The notes under the pieces are model-generated. The model was not told the origin of the DNA. It saw only the letters and a list, made by a program, of their open reading frames with translations, and did not search any database. Positions 27,832 through 35,235 of a DNA stretch of 64,000 nucleotides are shown piece after piece. This DNA comes from a virus (lineage: Duplodnaviria; Caudoviricetes). The DNA is taken from the IMG/VR virus record IMGVR_UViG_2934543808_000001, positions 70,013 to 134,012 of that record. One strand, written 5' to 3'. The number at the start of each line of letters is the position of its first letter. Positions within the stretch are counted from its first letter, which is position 1. Made by a program: the position numbers and the translations under genes.

Positions 27832-28271
27832 GAGGTCTCCGGGTTGGGGTGCTGGGTGATGAGCAGGCCCATGACCCATCGGGGCTGGCCTGTCTCCAGG
27901 GGAGATTCGAGGAGCACGCCGGATGGGCGGACTCCGCTGATGATGGGCAGGCCGGGGGTCGACGGCGCCTCGGGCAGCTCGGCCGCGGCGACCGCGCACA
28001 GCTTGAGGATTCGGCTGAGGGCGGCCGGGCCGGGCCAGCCGCCCGGGTCGCCGAACAGCTCCAGCGTCACCTCCGGCTCGGTGCGCCACGTCAGGGTTCC
28101 GAGGTCGCCGCCGGGGCCAGCCGCGACGCGTAGGTGCGGCCACGGAGCTTCGCGGGTTCCAGAGACATGGCCGGGCCCGCCGAGCGCTTCCGTGACCTTC
28201 GGGTGCTCGGCGAGCCAGGCGAGGACGGCCGCGACCTCATCCGCGTCGGCGAGGGCGTACGCGTCGTTCAT
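27828..28271 (-). CDS. Putative tail terminator
   Basis: 147 aa; LADADEVAAVLAWL...WPHLRV...TGQPRW; position before the tail tube gene. Confidence 0.65.
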   Translation of the reverse strand: MNDAYALADADEVAAVLAWLAEHPKVTEALGGPGHVSGTREAPWPHLRVAAGPGGDLGTLTWRTEPEVTLELFGDPGGWPGPAALSRILKLCAVAAAELPEAPSTPGLPIISGVRPSGVLLESPLETGQPRWVMGLLITQHPNPETS

Positions 28272-28273
28272 GG

Positions 28274-28525
28274 TCAGGCGCGTCCGCGGGCGATGTAGCC
28301 GTTGCCGCGGAGCTGCCGGGCGTAGTCGGGAGACACGAACGCCTTCTGGCCGGGCTGGTAGTCGCGGCCGGCGATGCGCAGGTGGTGGGCGAAGGTGACC
28401 TCTTCGGGGGTCTGGCCGTGGCGCAGCGCCGGACCGACCACGGTCTTGGTCTCCTCTGCGGCGGCGGTCTCTGCCGTGGTGTCGGGCTCGGTGGTGGCGG
28501 TGGTGGACTTCCGGGTGTTCGTCAT
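28274..28525 (-). CDS. Small hypothetical virion-module protein
   Basis: ATG 28525 (MTNTRK...DYQPGQ..V..DYARQLRGNGY); probably leaderless. Confidence 0.6.
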   Translation of the reverse strand: MTNTRKSTTATTEPDTTAETAAAEETKTVVGPALRHGQTPEEVTFAHHLRIAGRDYQPGQKAFVSPDYARQLRGNGYIARGRA

Positions 28526-28533
28526 GAGGCGGA

Positions 28534-28565
28534 AGAGTGCAGGAGCGGACGGCTTGTGTCGCCCG
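28534..28565 (-). promoter_or_regulatory. Late-promoter motif copy (degenerate)
   Basis: CGGGCGACACAAG; CACTCT 18 nt after GAC and 8 nt before the ATG. Confidence 0.45.
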
Positions 28566-28585
28566 CTCGCGAGCCGGCCCGCCGC

Positions 28586-28599
28586 TATCAAGGTTGATA
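28586..28599. promoter_or_regulatory. AT-rich palindrome TATCAA-GG-TTGATA
   Basis: Reverse complement of 24118-24131. Confidence 0.5.
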
Positions 28600-28615
28600 C
28601 CAGCGGCTCACGGAC

Positions 28616-28632
28616 TGTTCCCCGTGGGAACG
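28616..28632. promoter_or_regulatory. 17-bp parS-like palindrome, copy 7
   Basis: TGTTCCCCGTGGGAACG. Confidence 0.6.
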
Positions 28633-28633
28633 G

Positions 28634-29167
28634 CTACCGGTGGCGGGCGGCGACCACCGCGGCGGCGCGCTGCATGTAGAAGGCGCCCTGCGCTTCGAGG
28701 TTGCCGGGGTAGAGGGTGCCGATTTCGGCCTCGACAACCCAGTCGCCTTCCGCGACGACCTTCACGGTGACGGTGGAGCCCGCGACGACGGGCGGCAGGG
28801 TCCGGATGTTCCGGGATATGCCGTCGGGGATGCTCTGGGCGTGGCACCGGCAGTTCTTGATGTTGGCGACGGCCCGTGACGAGGAGTCGCGCGGCTCCTT
28901 CATGTAGGTGATGGGCCCCAGGCCGCGGTGCTGCATGTCCCACTGCATGGAGTTGACCTTGAAGCGGAGGTTCGCGGGTACCTCCTGGCCATGGGCGGCG
29001 ACGTGCGTGGGGCGGACCTTGTCGTCGGCGACGGTGATCCACTTCTTAGTCGGCGGGGCGAAGACCTTGGCCTGCCGCTCTACTTCGCGGGCGATCTCGT
29101 GGATCTTCGGAGCGACGAGCTGGGCGAGCTTGTGCTCCAGGCCGGGTTCCGCGTGGAAGGTGGCCAT
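28634..29167 (-). CDS. HK97 gp10-like tail-completion protein with an inserted MuF-like motif
   Basis: ATG 29167 with GGAGG RBS; AKVFAP...EIGT...YMQRA frame with internal WITVADDKVRPTH...NCRC. Confidence 0.6.
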   Translation of the reverse strand: MATFHAEPGLEHKLAQLVAPKIHEIAREVERQAKVFAPPTKKWITVADDKVRPTHVAAHGQEVPANLRFKVNSMQWDMQHRGLGPITYMKEPRDSSSRAVANIKNCRCHAQSIPDGISRNIRTLPPVVAGSTVTVKVVAEGDWVVEAEIGTLYPGNLEAQGAFYMQRAAAVVAARHR

Positions 29168-29496
29168 CACGGCACCTCCGGCGGGTTGAGGGTGGCAACG
29201 ATCGCGACGTAGTCCGCAGCGCCGAAACCGGGCACCCGCTTGAGCAGCGCGGTGACGACGGTCCACAGCCGGGTCCCGTCGCCGATCACGTCGCCGGGCT
29301 CGATCGGCCAGGCGGCCGGGTCGGCGCGCAGCGTCCACGAGCCGTCTGCCTGCTCGTTCGCGGCCCCGGGCCACGTCCCGCGCGCGGCGGGCCGGGCGTC
29401 GGGCGGCGGCGGTACGGGCACGCCGCGCGCGTCCCGGCCCCAGGGGTGGGCCAGGACGTACACGGTGAGGTTACGGTCGGCCAGCACGACGGCCAT
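29167..29496 (-). CDS. Putative head closure / head-tail joining protein
   Basis: 109 aa, beta-rich, IEPGDVI..G...W.V; position in the module. Confidence 0.55.
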   Translation of the reverse strand: MAVVLADRNLTVYVLAHPWGRDARGVPVPPPPDARPAARGTWPGAANEQADGSWTLRADPAAWPIEPGDVIGDGTRLWTVVTALLKRVPGFGAADYVAIVATLNPPEVP

Positions 29497-29497
29497 G

Positions 29498-30133
29498 TCA
29501 GCCCTGCCCCGCGGTGACCAGGCACTTAGTGATGCCCGCGTTCACGGCGGCGACGTACGCGGTGAACGCCGGCGTCGTGCTCTTGCGGCCCGTCCGGGTC
29601 ATGTCCCCGTTCACGAAGAACGCGGTGCGTTGCGCGGTGGTGAGTTCGAGCTGGACGCCCATGCCCCTCGTGCCGCGGTTGCAGATGTTCTGGGGGTCGT
29701 TGCCGTTCAGCTCTTCGCTTGCCAACTGCACGGCGAACCCTGCCTCCTTCAGGCTCTGCCCGATCTGGTCGCGGAGGTTGTAGTCGAGGCCGCCGAGGTA
29801 GGTCGTCGCGGTGGCTCCGGCTGCGCCGTGCCAGGAGACGACGTGGGAGGCGGCCCGCACCATGGCGAGGGCCTGCGGCTCGTCGTACCGGGTGCTGGTG
29901 ACGTGCAGCTCGTCGTTGCTGCCGGCCGCCTTGAATCCGTCGAGGGTGTACCAGTCGTGCATGTCGCCGGACGCCGCCGCAGCGAGTTCCGACGTGCCGG
30001 TCTCGATCCCGCCCCCGTGAATCGCCAGGTGCAGCAGGGTGGAGAACGCCGAGATCCGCCAGGAGCGTTGGTAGTCGATGCCCTCGATCTGCCCGCTCGC
30101 CAGTTCGGCGTAGGAGTTGTAGAGGTCGCCCAT
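29498..30133 (-). CDS. Poly-gamma-glutamate hydrolase family (PghP/DUF867)
   Basis: YNSYAEL, AIHGGGIETGTSELA, LHVTSTRYDEP, SWHG, NICNR and GVQLEL motifs. Confidence 0.85.
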   Translation of the reverse strand: MGDLYNSYAELASGQIEGIDYQRSWRISAFSTLLHLAIHGGGIETGTSELAAAASGDMHDWYTLDGFKAAGSNDELHVTSTRYDEPQALAMVRAASHVVSWHGAAGATATTYLGGLDYNLRDQIGQSLKEAGFAVQLASEELNGNDPQNICNRGTRGMGVQLELTTAQRTAFFVNGDMTRTGRKSTTPAFTAYVAAVNAGITKCLVTAGQG

Positions 30134-30160
30134 GAGGGTCCTGTCTGGTTCGGTGCCGGG

Positions 30161-31027
30161 TTACCAGCGGCTGTAGCGGCGCCCGCGGCCGTAGGGCCAG
30201 GGCGCGGCCGGAGCGGTCGGGATCGGCCGGTAGAGGCGCTTGCGGTAGCCGGCCAGGGAGTCCAGCGCTGGCAGGGCCCCCGCCTGGCCAGCGAGCGGCG
30301 CTGCCTCGTAGCTGATGGACTGTCCCTCGGCGGAGACGGAGGTGACGCGCCGGCCGCCGCCGTCGGCGCCCGCGGCGGTGCGGATGCTTTCGGAGGCGTG
30401 GGCGATCACGTACCGGACGATCGGCTCCTCCAGGACACCGTCCAGCCCGACGAGGAGCTGCACGTCGTACGCGCCGTCCAGGTTGTCGATGTGCTGGACC
30501 ACCGTGACCGCGTCGTCCAGGTGCTGGATGGGCCACGCCTGCGGGTCTTCGAGGTCGTAGCCGAACAGCGGGTGCACTCCCAGCAGGGTTCGCGGCTGCG
30601 GGACGACGGGGCGGCCGAGGTAGGCGACCACGTCGGCCTGCGCCTCGGCGATCACGGTTCGGTACTGCTCGCGCTGGGCTGCGGTGAGCGGCAGGGGCAC
30701 GCCGAGCTTGTCGGCGATCTGCTCGGCGGAGGCGAGCAGCCCGGTACCTATCGGGAAATCCACGCGCACGGTGCGGTCCGTGGTGGCCGGCTGGTCCTTG
30801 CCGGGTGTGAAGGTGACGGTGCACCAGTACCGCCCGTCCGGCAGGTTCTCCGGCAACGTGAACCGGTAGACCGTCGAGCGCAGCCGTACGGCTGGCCCGG
30901 CGGTCGCCACGACGGTGCCGTTGCGCTCGGGGGTCGCGTACAGGTCGATGCGGCTGACCTGGCCGCCGTCGGTGTCCGGGTCGCGCAGGGCGCCTGCCCA
31001 GACAGGTCGGTAGTCGTACACCGCCAC
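30161..31027 (-). CDS. Head-tail adaptor with an N-terminal beta-sandwich domain
   Basis: LASAEQIADKLG...IAEAQADVVAYLGRP...VTSVSAEGQSISY...LAGYRK. Confidence 0.7.
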   Translation of the reverse strand: MAVYDYRPVWAGALRDPDTDGGQVSRIDLYATPERNGTVVATAGPAVRLRSTVYRFTLPENLPDGRYWCTVTFTPGKDQPATTDRTVRVDFPIGTGLLASAEQIADKLGVPLPLTAAQREQYRTVIAEAQADVVAYLGRPVVPQPRTLLGVHPLFGYDLEDPQAWPIQHLDDAVTVVQHIDNLDGAYDVQLLVGLDGVLEEPIVRYVIAHASESIRTAAGADGGGRRVTSVSAEGQSISYEAAPLAGQAGALPALDSLAGYRKRLYRPIPTAPAAPWPYGRGRRYSRW

Positions 31028-31039
31028 TTTGGGTTCCCC

Positions 31040-31552
31040 CTACTCCGCGGCCGGGGCGAGCTGCGCGCGGAGCCGGGCGACGACCCGCTCCATCTGCCCG
31101 CGCTTCAGCTCCGCACCGATCGGCACGAGCAGCCGGGTGGCTGGCGTGTTGTACGCGCCCATGCCGACGTGCTCGATGAGGCGAGCAGTGCAGCGGAAGG
31201 TGTTGCCGTGTGGCGGCTGCACGTGCACGAACACCGCGTCGGGGTCCGCCGGGGCCGTCCCGGTGGCCTCGTCCACGATGTGGTCGCTGATCTGCGCGGG
31301 CAGGAGCTGCTGGGCCGTGGTCATCGGGTCGGGCTCCGGACGGGGCTCCGGCTCGGCCGGGGGCTCCAGCGGCGCCACGTCGGGCACCTTGGTCTCGGCC
31401 GGCTCGGGCGTCTTGGCCTCGGTCTCGACGGCCGCCGTCTTGTTCTCGGCGGCCTCAGCCGGCTCCGGGGCCTCCACCGTGTCCGGGGTCTTCTCCTCGG
31501 TACCGGTGTCGGCGTCGGTCGTGGTGGTCTTGCGTGCGCGGGGCGGGGTCAC
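31040..31552 (-). CDS. Hypothetical protein with an acidic Pro-rich N-terminus
   Basis: 170 aa; AGGAGG RBS. Confidence 0.6.
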   Translation of the reverse strand: MTPPRARKTTTTDADTGTEEKTPDTVEAPEPAEAAENKTAAVETEAKTPEPAETKVPDVAPLEPPAEPEPRPEPDPMTTAQQLLPAQISDHIVDEATGTAPADPDAVFVHVQPPHGNTFRCTARLIEHVGMGAYNTPATRLLVPIGAELKRGQMERVVARLRAQLAPAAE

Positions 31553-31589
31553 AGGGTCCTCCTGCCGTGTTCGTGAACGTGGAGGAGGA

Positions 31590-31622
31590 ACCCTGGACCG
31601 TGCGCGCCGCTACCGTCTCGGT
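31590..31622 (-). promoter_or_regulatory. Late-promoter motif copy
   Basis: CCGAGACGGTAG; CAGGGT 19 nt after GAC. Confidence 0.55.
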
Positions 31623-32104
31623 CAGGCGTAGGTGTAGGCGTTGGACTTGGTGACGTTTCCCGCCTCGTCGGCGACGACGACGCTCACGGCGCCCGCCGTG
31701 CCCGCCGGGGTGGTGACCTGGAGGCGCCCGGCGGACAGCACCTTGAGGTCCGTCCCCGTGGCGCTGCCGAACTTCACGCTGGCCACGCCGTCGAGGTTGG
31801 TGCCAGTGATGGTGACGACCGTGCCGCCCGCGGCCGGGCCGGTGGCGGGGCTGACGGCCGCGACCGTGGCCGGGGGGAACAGCGCGTCGATCTGCGACTG
31901 GCGCAGGATCGTTCCGGCCTTGTACAGCAGGGTCTTGATGGACCCTTCCGGCACGCTGTCGCGGGTGTCGCTGGGGCGCGTGCCCTGGTCGTGGTGGCGG
32001 GTCGAGTACACGTCCGCGGTGACCCGCTTCAGCGGGTCGGGGGCGTCGGTGGCGGGGAAGGCCGCCTTGGTGATGCGGGCGCCTGCCGTGTTGTAGAGGC
32101 CCAT
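31622..32104 (-). CDS. IPT/TIG (Ig-like) domain protein, probable capsid decoration
   Basis: VSPATGPAAGGTVVTITGTNL...VKFG...VTTPAG.AG.V.V.V. Confidence 0.8.
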   Translation of the reverse strand: MGLYNTAGARITKAAFPATDAPDPLKRVTADVYSTRHHDQGTRPSDTRDSVPEGSIKTLLYKAGTILRQSQIDALFPPATVAAVSPATGPAAGGTVVTITGTNLDGVASVKFGSATGTDLKVLSAGRLQVTTPAGTAGAVSVVVADEAGNVTKSNAYTYA

Positions 32105-32167
32105 GGGGTTCCCTTCAGTGGAGTACGGAGAGCGCAGCGTGCCGCAGCCGGGTGGCTTGGGTCCCGG

Positions 32168-33415
32168 TCACAGGATGCGGAGGTCGTCCCACCCGTCGGC
32201 GGTGACGGAGAAGACGAGCAGGCCGGGCTGGGACACCTCTCCGGAGCGCATCGCGTACCAGTCCGAGCCGTTGTCGAGCGTGGGGGCCTGCACCCACAGG
32301 CGGCCGGCGCCGAGCTGCTGGGCGCGGAAGTGGTGGAAGTGCCCCGAGACGAGGATCTTGGCGTCGGCGATGGGCTGGCGGCCGAAGGTCTGACCTCGCC
32401 ACCAGTCCGGGGCTTTCTCCGGGCGGGGGTACTGGTGGCCGTGGTTGAGGCCGACGATCGTCCCGGCCATGTCGAGGCTGACGGTGTCGCGCCAGGGTTC
32501 GGGCGTCACGAAGGAGACGTGGCCGTAGGCGTCCGTGTTCTTGGCGTAGGCGTCGGCGATCTGGCTCATGACCTCGATGCCCCAGTCGTCCTCGGGCGGG
32601 CCCACGGGGTCCTTGCCGCGCCGGACTCTGGCGTGGTTGGAGCCGCAGGTGGCGGCGACGACGCGAGGGAAGGCGGTGGCGAGCCGGTCCAGGCCCTCGA
32701 ACGTCAGCCTGCGGTGGACGCGCACCATCTGCGTGAGCGTCAGGTCGTTCGTGAATGCCTGGCTTGCGACGTTTTCGAATCCTTCGATGCAGTCGCCGGC
32801 GTCGAGCCAGTACGCAGAGTCCGGGCTGCGCCCGACCTTGCCGAGGTCGCGCAGGTGGTCTTCCAGCCGGTCGAACCGTTCGGCGACCCGGGACACCAGT
32901 TCCTTCGTGCCGCCGTCCCGGCCGACCTTTCCGGCCTGCGGGTCCGCGTACACCACGGCGAGGGCCCGAGCGCTGCTCGCCGCTGGGGTGCGCGGCTTGC
33001 GGCGGCGTCGCATCACGTCCCGGATCAGGGTGTTGAGGTCTTCGGCGGAGGCCCAGCCGGGCACGGTCGGCTCGATCAGGTACCGGCAGCGCCACACGGG
33101 CCGGGTCACGGCGTCGTCGCCCTGGGCGTCGCGGTGCCACGCGGCCGGGTCGTGGCGGGCTTCGACCAGGCGCACGCGGTAGCCGTCGGGGACGCTCAGC
33201 CCCAGCTCTTCAACGCGGGCGCGCCAGCCGGACTCGTCCTTGGGCGGGGGGTCGGCGGCCGGCGCCGTGACGAGCATGGCGCCGCCGGGCTCGTACCGTA
33301 CGCCGGGCTCCCATCCCTTGGGGGCGGAGACTGTGGGCCGGGTGGTCTCGGGCGGAGCGCTCTGTTCGGCAGTGGCCGGCGCGAGGAGCGCGTCGAGGTC
33401 GCTTTCGAGGCTCAT
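32168..33415 (-). CDS. Calcineurin-like metallophosphoesterase
   Basis: ADPQAG, GDCIEG, GSNH, HGH and GHFHH motifs; ATG 33415 overlaps the upstream TGA. Confidence 0.85.
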   Translation of the reverse strand: MSLESDLDALLAPATAEQSAPPETTRPTVSAPKGWEPGVRYEPGGAMLVTAPAADPPPKDESGWRARVEELGLSVPDGYRVRLVEARHDPAAWHRDAQGDDAVTRPVWRCRYLIEPTVPGWASAEDLNTLIRDVMRRRRKPRTPAASSARALAVVYADPQAGKVGRDGGTKELVSRVAERFDRLEDHLRDLGKVGRSPDSAYWLDAGDCIEGFENVASQAFTNDLTLTQMVRVHRRLTFEGLDRLATAFPRVVAATCGSNHARVRRGKDPVGPPEDDWGIEVMSQIADAYAKNTDAYGHVSFVTPEPWRDTVSLDMAGTIVGLNHGHQYPRPEKAPDWWRGQTFGRQPIADAKILVSGHFHHFRAQQLGAGRLWVQAPTLDNGSDWYAMRSGEVSQPGLLVFSVTADGWDDLRIL

Positions 33416-33681
33416 CGCGGGCACCTGCATCCGTTGGAGGCGCCACGGCGGCGGTGCCGGGCGACGGCCGGGGCCTGCACGCGGTGCCCGCCGCCGGTGA
33501 GGGTGTTGGCGATCCGCGTGGCGGTGACGGTCGGGTTGTCGAGCACGGACTGGAACTTGGCGGCCGTCGCGGCATCCAGCGTGTCGAGGATCGCGCCCAC
33601 GGTGCATCGCGGGCCCTTCGGGGGATCAGGCTCTTCCAAGAGCCGGGTGAGGGCCGTGCCCAGCCCATTCGTGTCTGCCAC
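33412..33681 (-). CDS. Small Cys/His-containing protein (HTH/Zn-binding) coupled to the phosphoesterase
   Basis: CTV...IANTL...VARHRR...CRCP; AGG RBS. Confidence 0.6.
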   Translation of the reverse strand: MADTNGLGTALTRLLEEPDPPKGPRCTVGAILDTLDAATAAKFQSVLDNPTVTATRIANTLTGGGHRVQAPAVARHRRRGASNGCRCPR

Positions 33682-33705
33682 GGCAGTCCTCGCTTCCTAC
33701 AAGGG

Positions 33706-33737
33706 AGCGGGGCCGGGCCGTACGGCCCGGCCCCGCT
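33706..33737 (-). terminator. Perfect 32-bp palindrome after the major capsid gene
   Basis: AGCGGGGCCGGGCCGT|ACGGCCCGGCCCCGCT. Confidence 0.65.
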
Positions 33738-33756
33738 GGAACGTTCCTGCGCTCGA

Positions 33757-35067
33757 TCAGGGGGCGGCCGGGGTGGTCCAGGAGCCGATCACGAAGGACT
33801 CGGGCCGGCTGACCTCAAGTGCCAGGCGCTCGTCGGCACGGAAGGTGAGAACGCCCCTCTCGAAGTTGTCGCTGTTCTCGCTGGAGACGGTGACCGAGAC
33901 GTTCTCCCGGTCGTAGAGCTGGGCGCCCATCCCGAAGGAGCCCAGAAGGTAGTTCCCATCCGGCATCGCCGTGGTCTCGACCACGTTCAGACGCCAGACA
34001 CGCTTCTGGGCGCCGACGGCGACCTGGAGGGCGACACGGAACGCGCCGTTGTCGTCGGTCTCGACCTCGACCTCTTCCCACATGGTGGGGCTGATGACGA
34101 TGCCGGTCGGCTCGTACTCGGCGAGCAGGGCCTTGGTCATGGCCCGGCGCATCTGGATCGAGAACTTGTCCTTCGCCAGGCCCTGGTAGGTCTGGACCCC
34201 GGGGGTGTTGAACAGGCCCGTGATGGACGTGCCGTCGCCGCCCGCGGAGTGGAGCAGGTCGTAGTCCTCGGCGAACTTGATGCCCTCCACGAGGCGCGAG
34301 TTGATGAACTGCTTCAGCCGCGGCTCGTCGGCGAGGATGTTCTTGTGGCCGTCGAGCATGTGCGCGATCTCGGCGACGGGGAAGGCCACGGGCTCCAGCT
34401 TCAGCTTCGACCGCGGGGCCTTGCCGAACACGTCGCTGTCCAGGCCGGTCGGCGCGGACACACCGTCGGCGGCCCGGCGCTCCGGTACCTGCGCGGCGTT
34501 GTTGACCCACCCGGTCTCGCGGATGCCGATCAGGACGGGGCTCTTGGTCTTGGCCTTCGGGAACAGATCCCTGATGTGCCACTTGCGGCGCTGCGCCTCG
34601 GTGATGCCGAGATCCTGCGCGGAGCCCAGGGCCTGCACGGTGTGGGTGCCGGCGGACAGGGAGAAGATCGACTTGCCCTCGATCTCGGCGCGGATGAACG
34701 GGCGCTCCTTGAACTCGCTCTCGGCGGCGCGCTGGTAGGCGGCGGACTCCACGAAGTAGTCGCCGAGGCTCTTGACCTCCGGGCCGGCCGCGGACGCGCT
34801 GCCGTAGAACTGCCCGGCGGCCGACGAACCCTCGGGGGCGTCGAGGTAGCCGGTCAGGTTCTCGGCTCCCTGCGCGGCGTCGAGGAGGCCCTTGATCTCC
34901 TGGGCGCTCTTGACGGCCTTGACGTAGGCGTTGCGCTGCTCGGTGGAGACGACGAACGCGCCGTTCTCCTCCTTGAAGGTGCCCGCGATGCGCTCGGCCT
35001 CCGCCGACTTCTCGGCGAGCTGTCCCTTCAGGGACCGGATGAGGCTCTTGTCGGTGGCGGTAGCCAT
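33757..35067 (-). CDS. Major capsid protein, HK97 fold with N-terminal delta domain
   Basis: ATG 35067 with AGGAG RBS; coiled-coil N-terminus, IAH....K.IL.D.P.L..FI..RL, GDGT.ITGL, NFER...TFRADERLALEV.RPESF. Confidence 0.92.
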   Translation of the reverse strand: MATATDKSLIRSLKGQLAEKSAEAERIAGTFKEENGAFVVSTEQRNAYVKAVKSAQEIKGLLDAAQGAENLTGYLDAPEGSSAAGQFYGSASAAGPEVKSLGDYFVESAAYQRAAESEFKERPFIRAEIEGKSIFSLSAGTHTVQALGSAQDLGITEAQRRKWHIRDLFPKAKTKSPVLIGIRETGWVNNAAQVPERRAADGVSAPTGLDSDVFGKAPRSKLKLEPVAFPVAEIAHMLDGHKNILADEPRLKQFINSRLVEGIKFAEDYDLLHSAGGDGTSITGLFNTPGVQTYQGLAKDKFSIQMRRAMTKALLAEYEPTGIVISPTMWEEVEVETDDNGAFRVALQVAVGAQKRVWRLNVVETTAMPDGNYLLGSFGMGAQLYDRENVSVTVSSENSDNFERGVLTFRADERLALEVSRPESFVIGSWTTPAAP

Positions 35068-35153
35068 GGTGTGGTTGCACTCTCCTGTGCTGGATGGGCG
35101 ATAGGCGTGCGTCGCTCGCCCGGCCAGCACCGGGACGCCTCAACGCGAGGCGC

Positions 35154-35186
35154 ATAGAAGGCGAGTGCGGGGGTTACCGTCTCGGG
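35154..35186 (-). promoter_or_regulatory. Late-promoter motif copy (major capsid)
   Basis: CCCGAGACGGTAA; TTCTAT 19 nt after GAC. Confidence 0.6.
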
Positions 35187-35235
35187 CTCCCGGGCACGAA
35201 AGTCCGCGCACCCGGGAGCCCGGCGTTTGTGCAGT

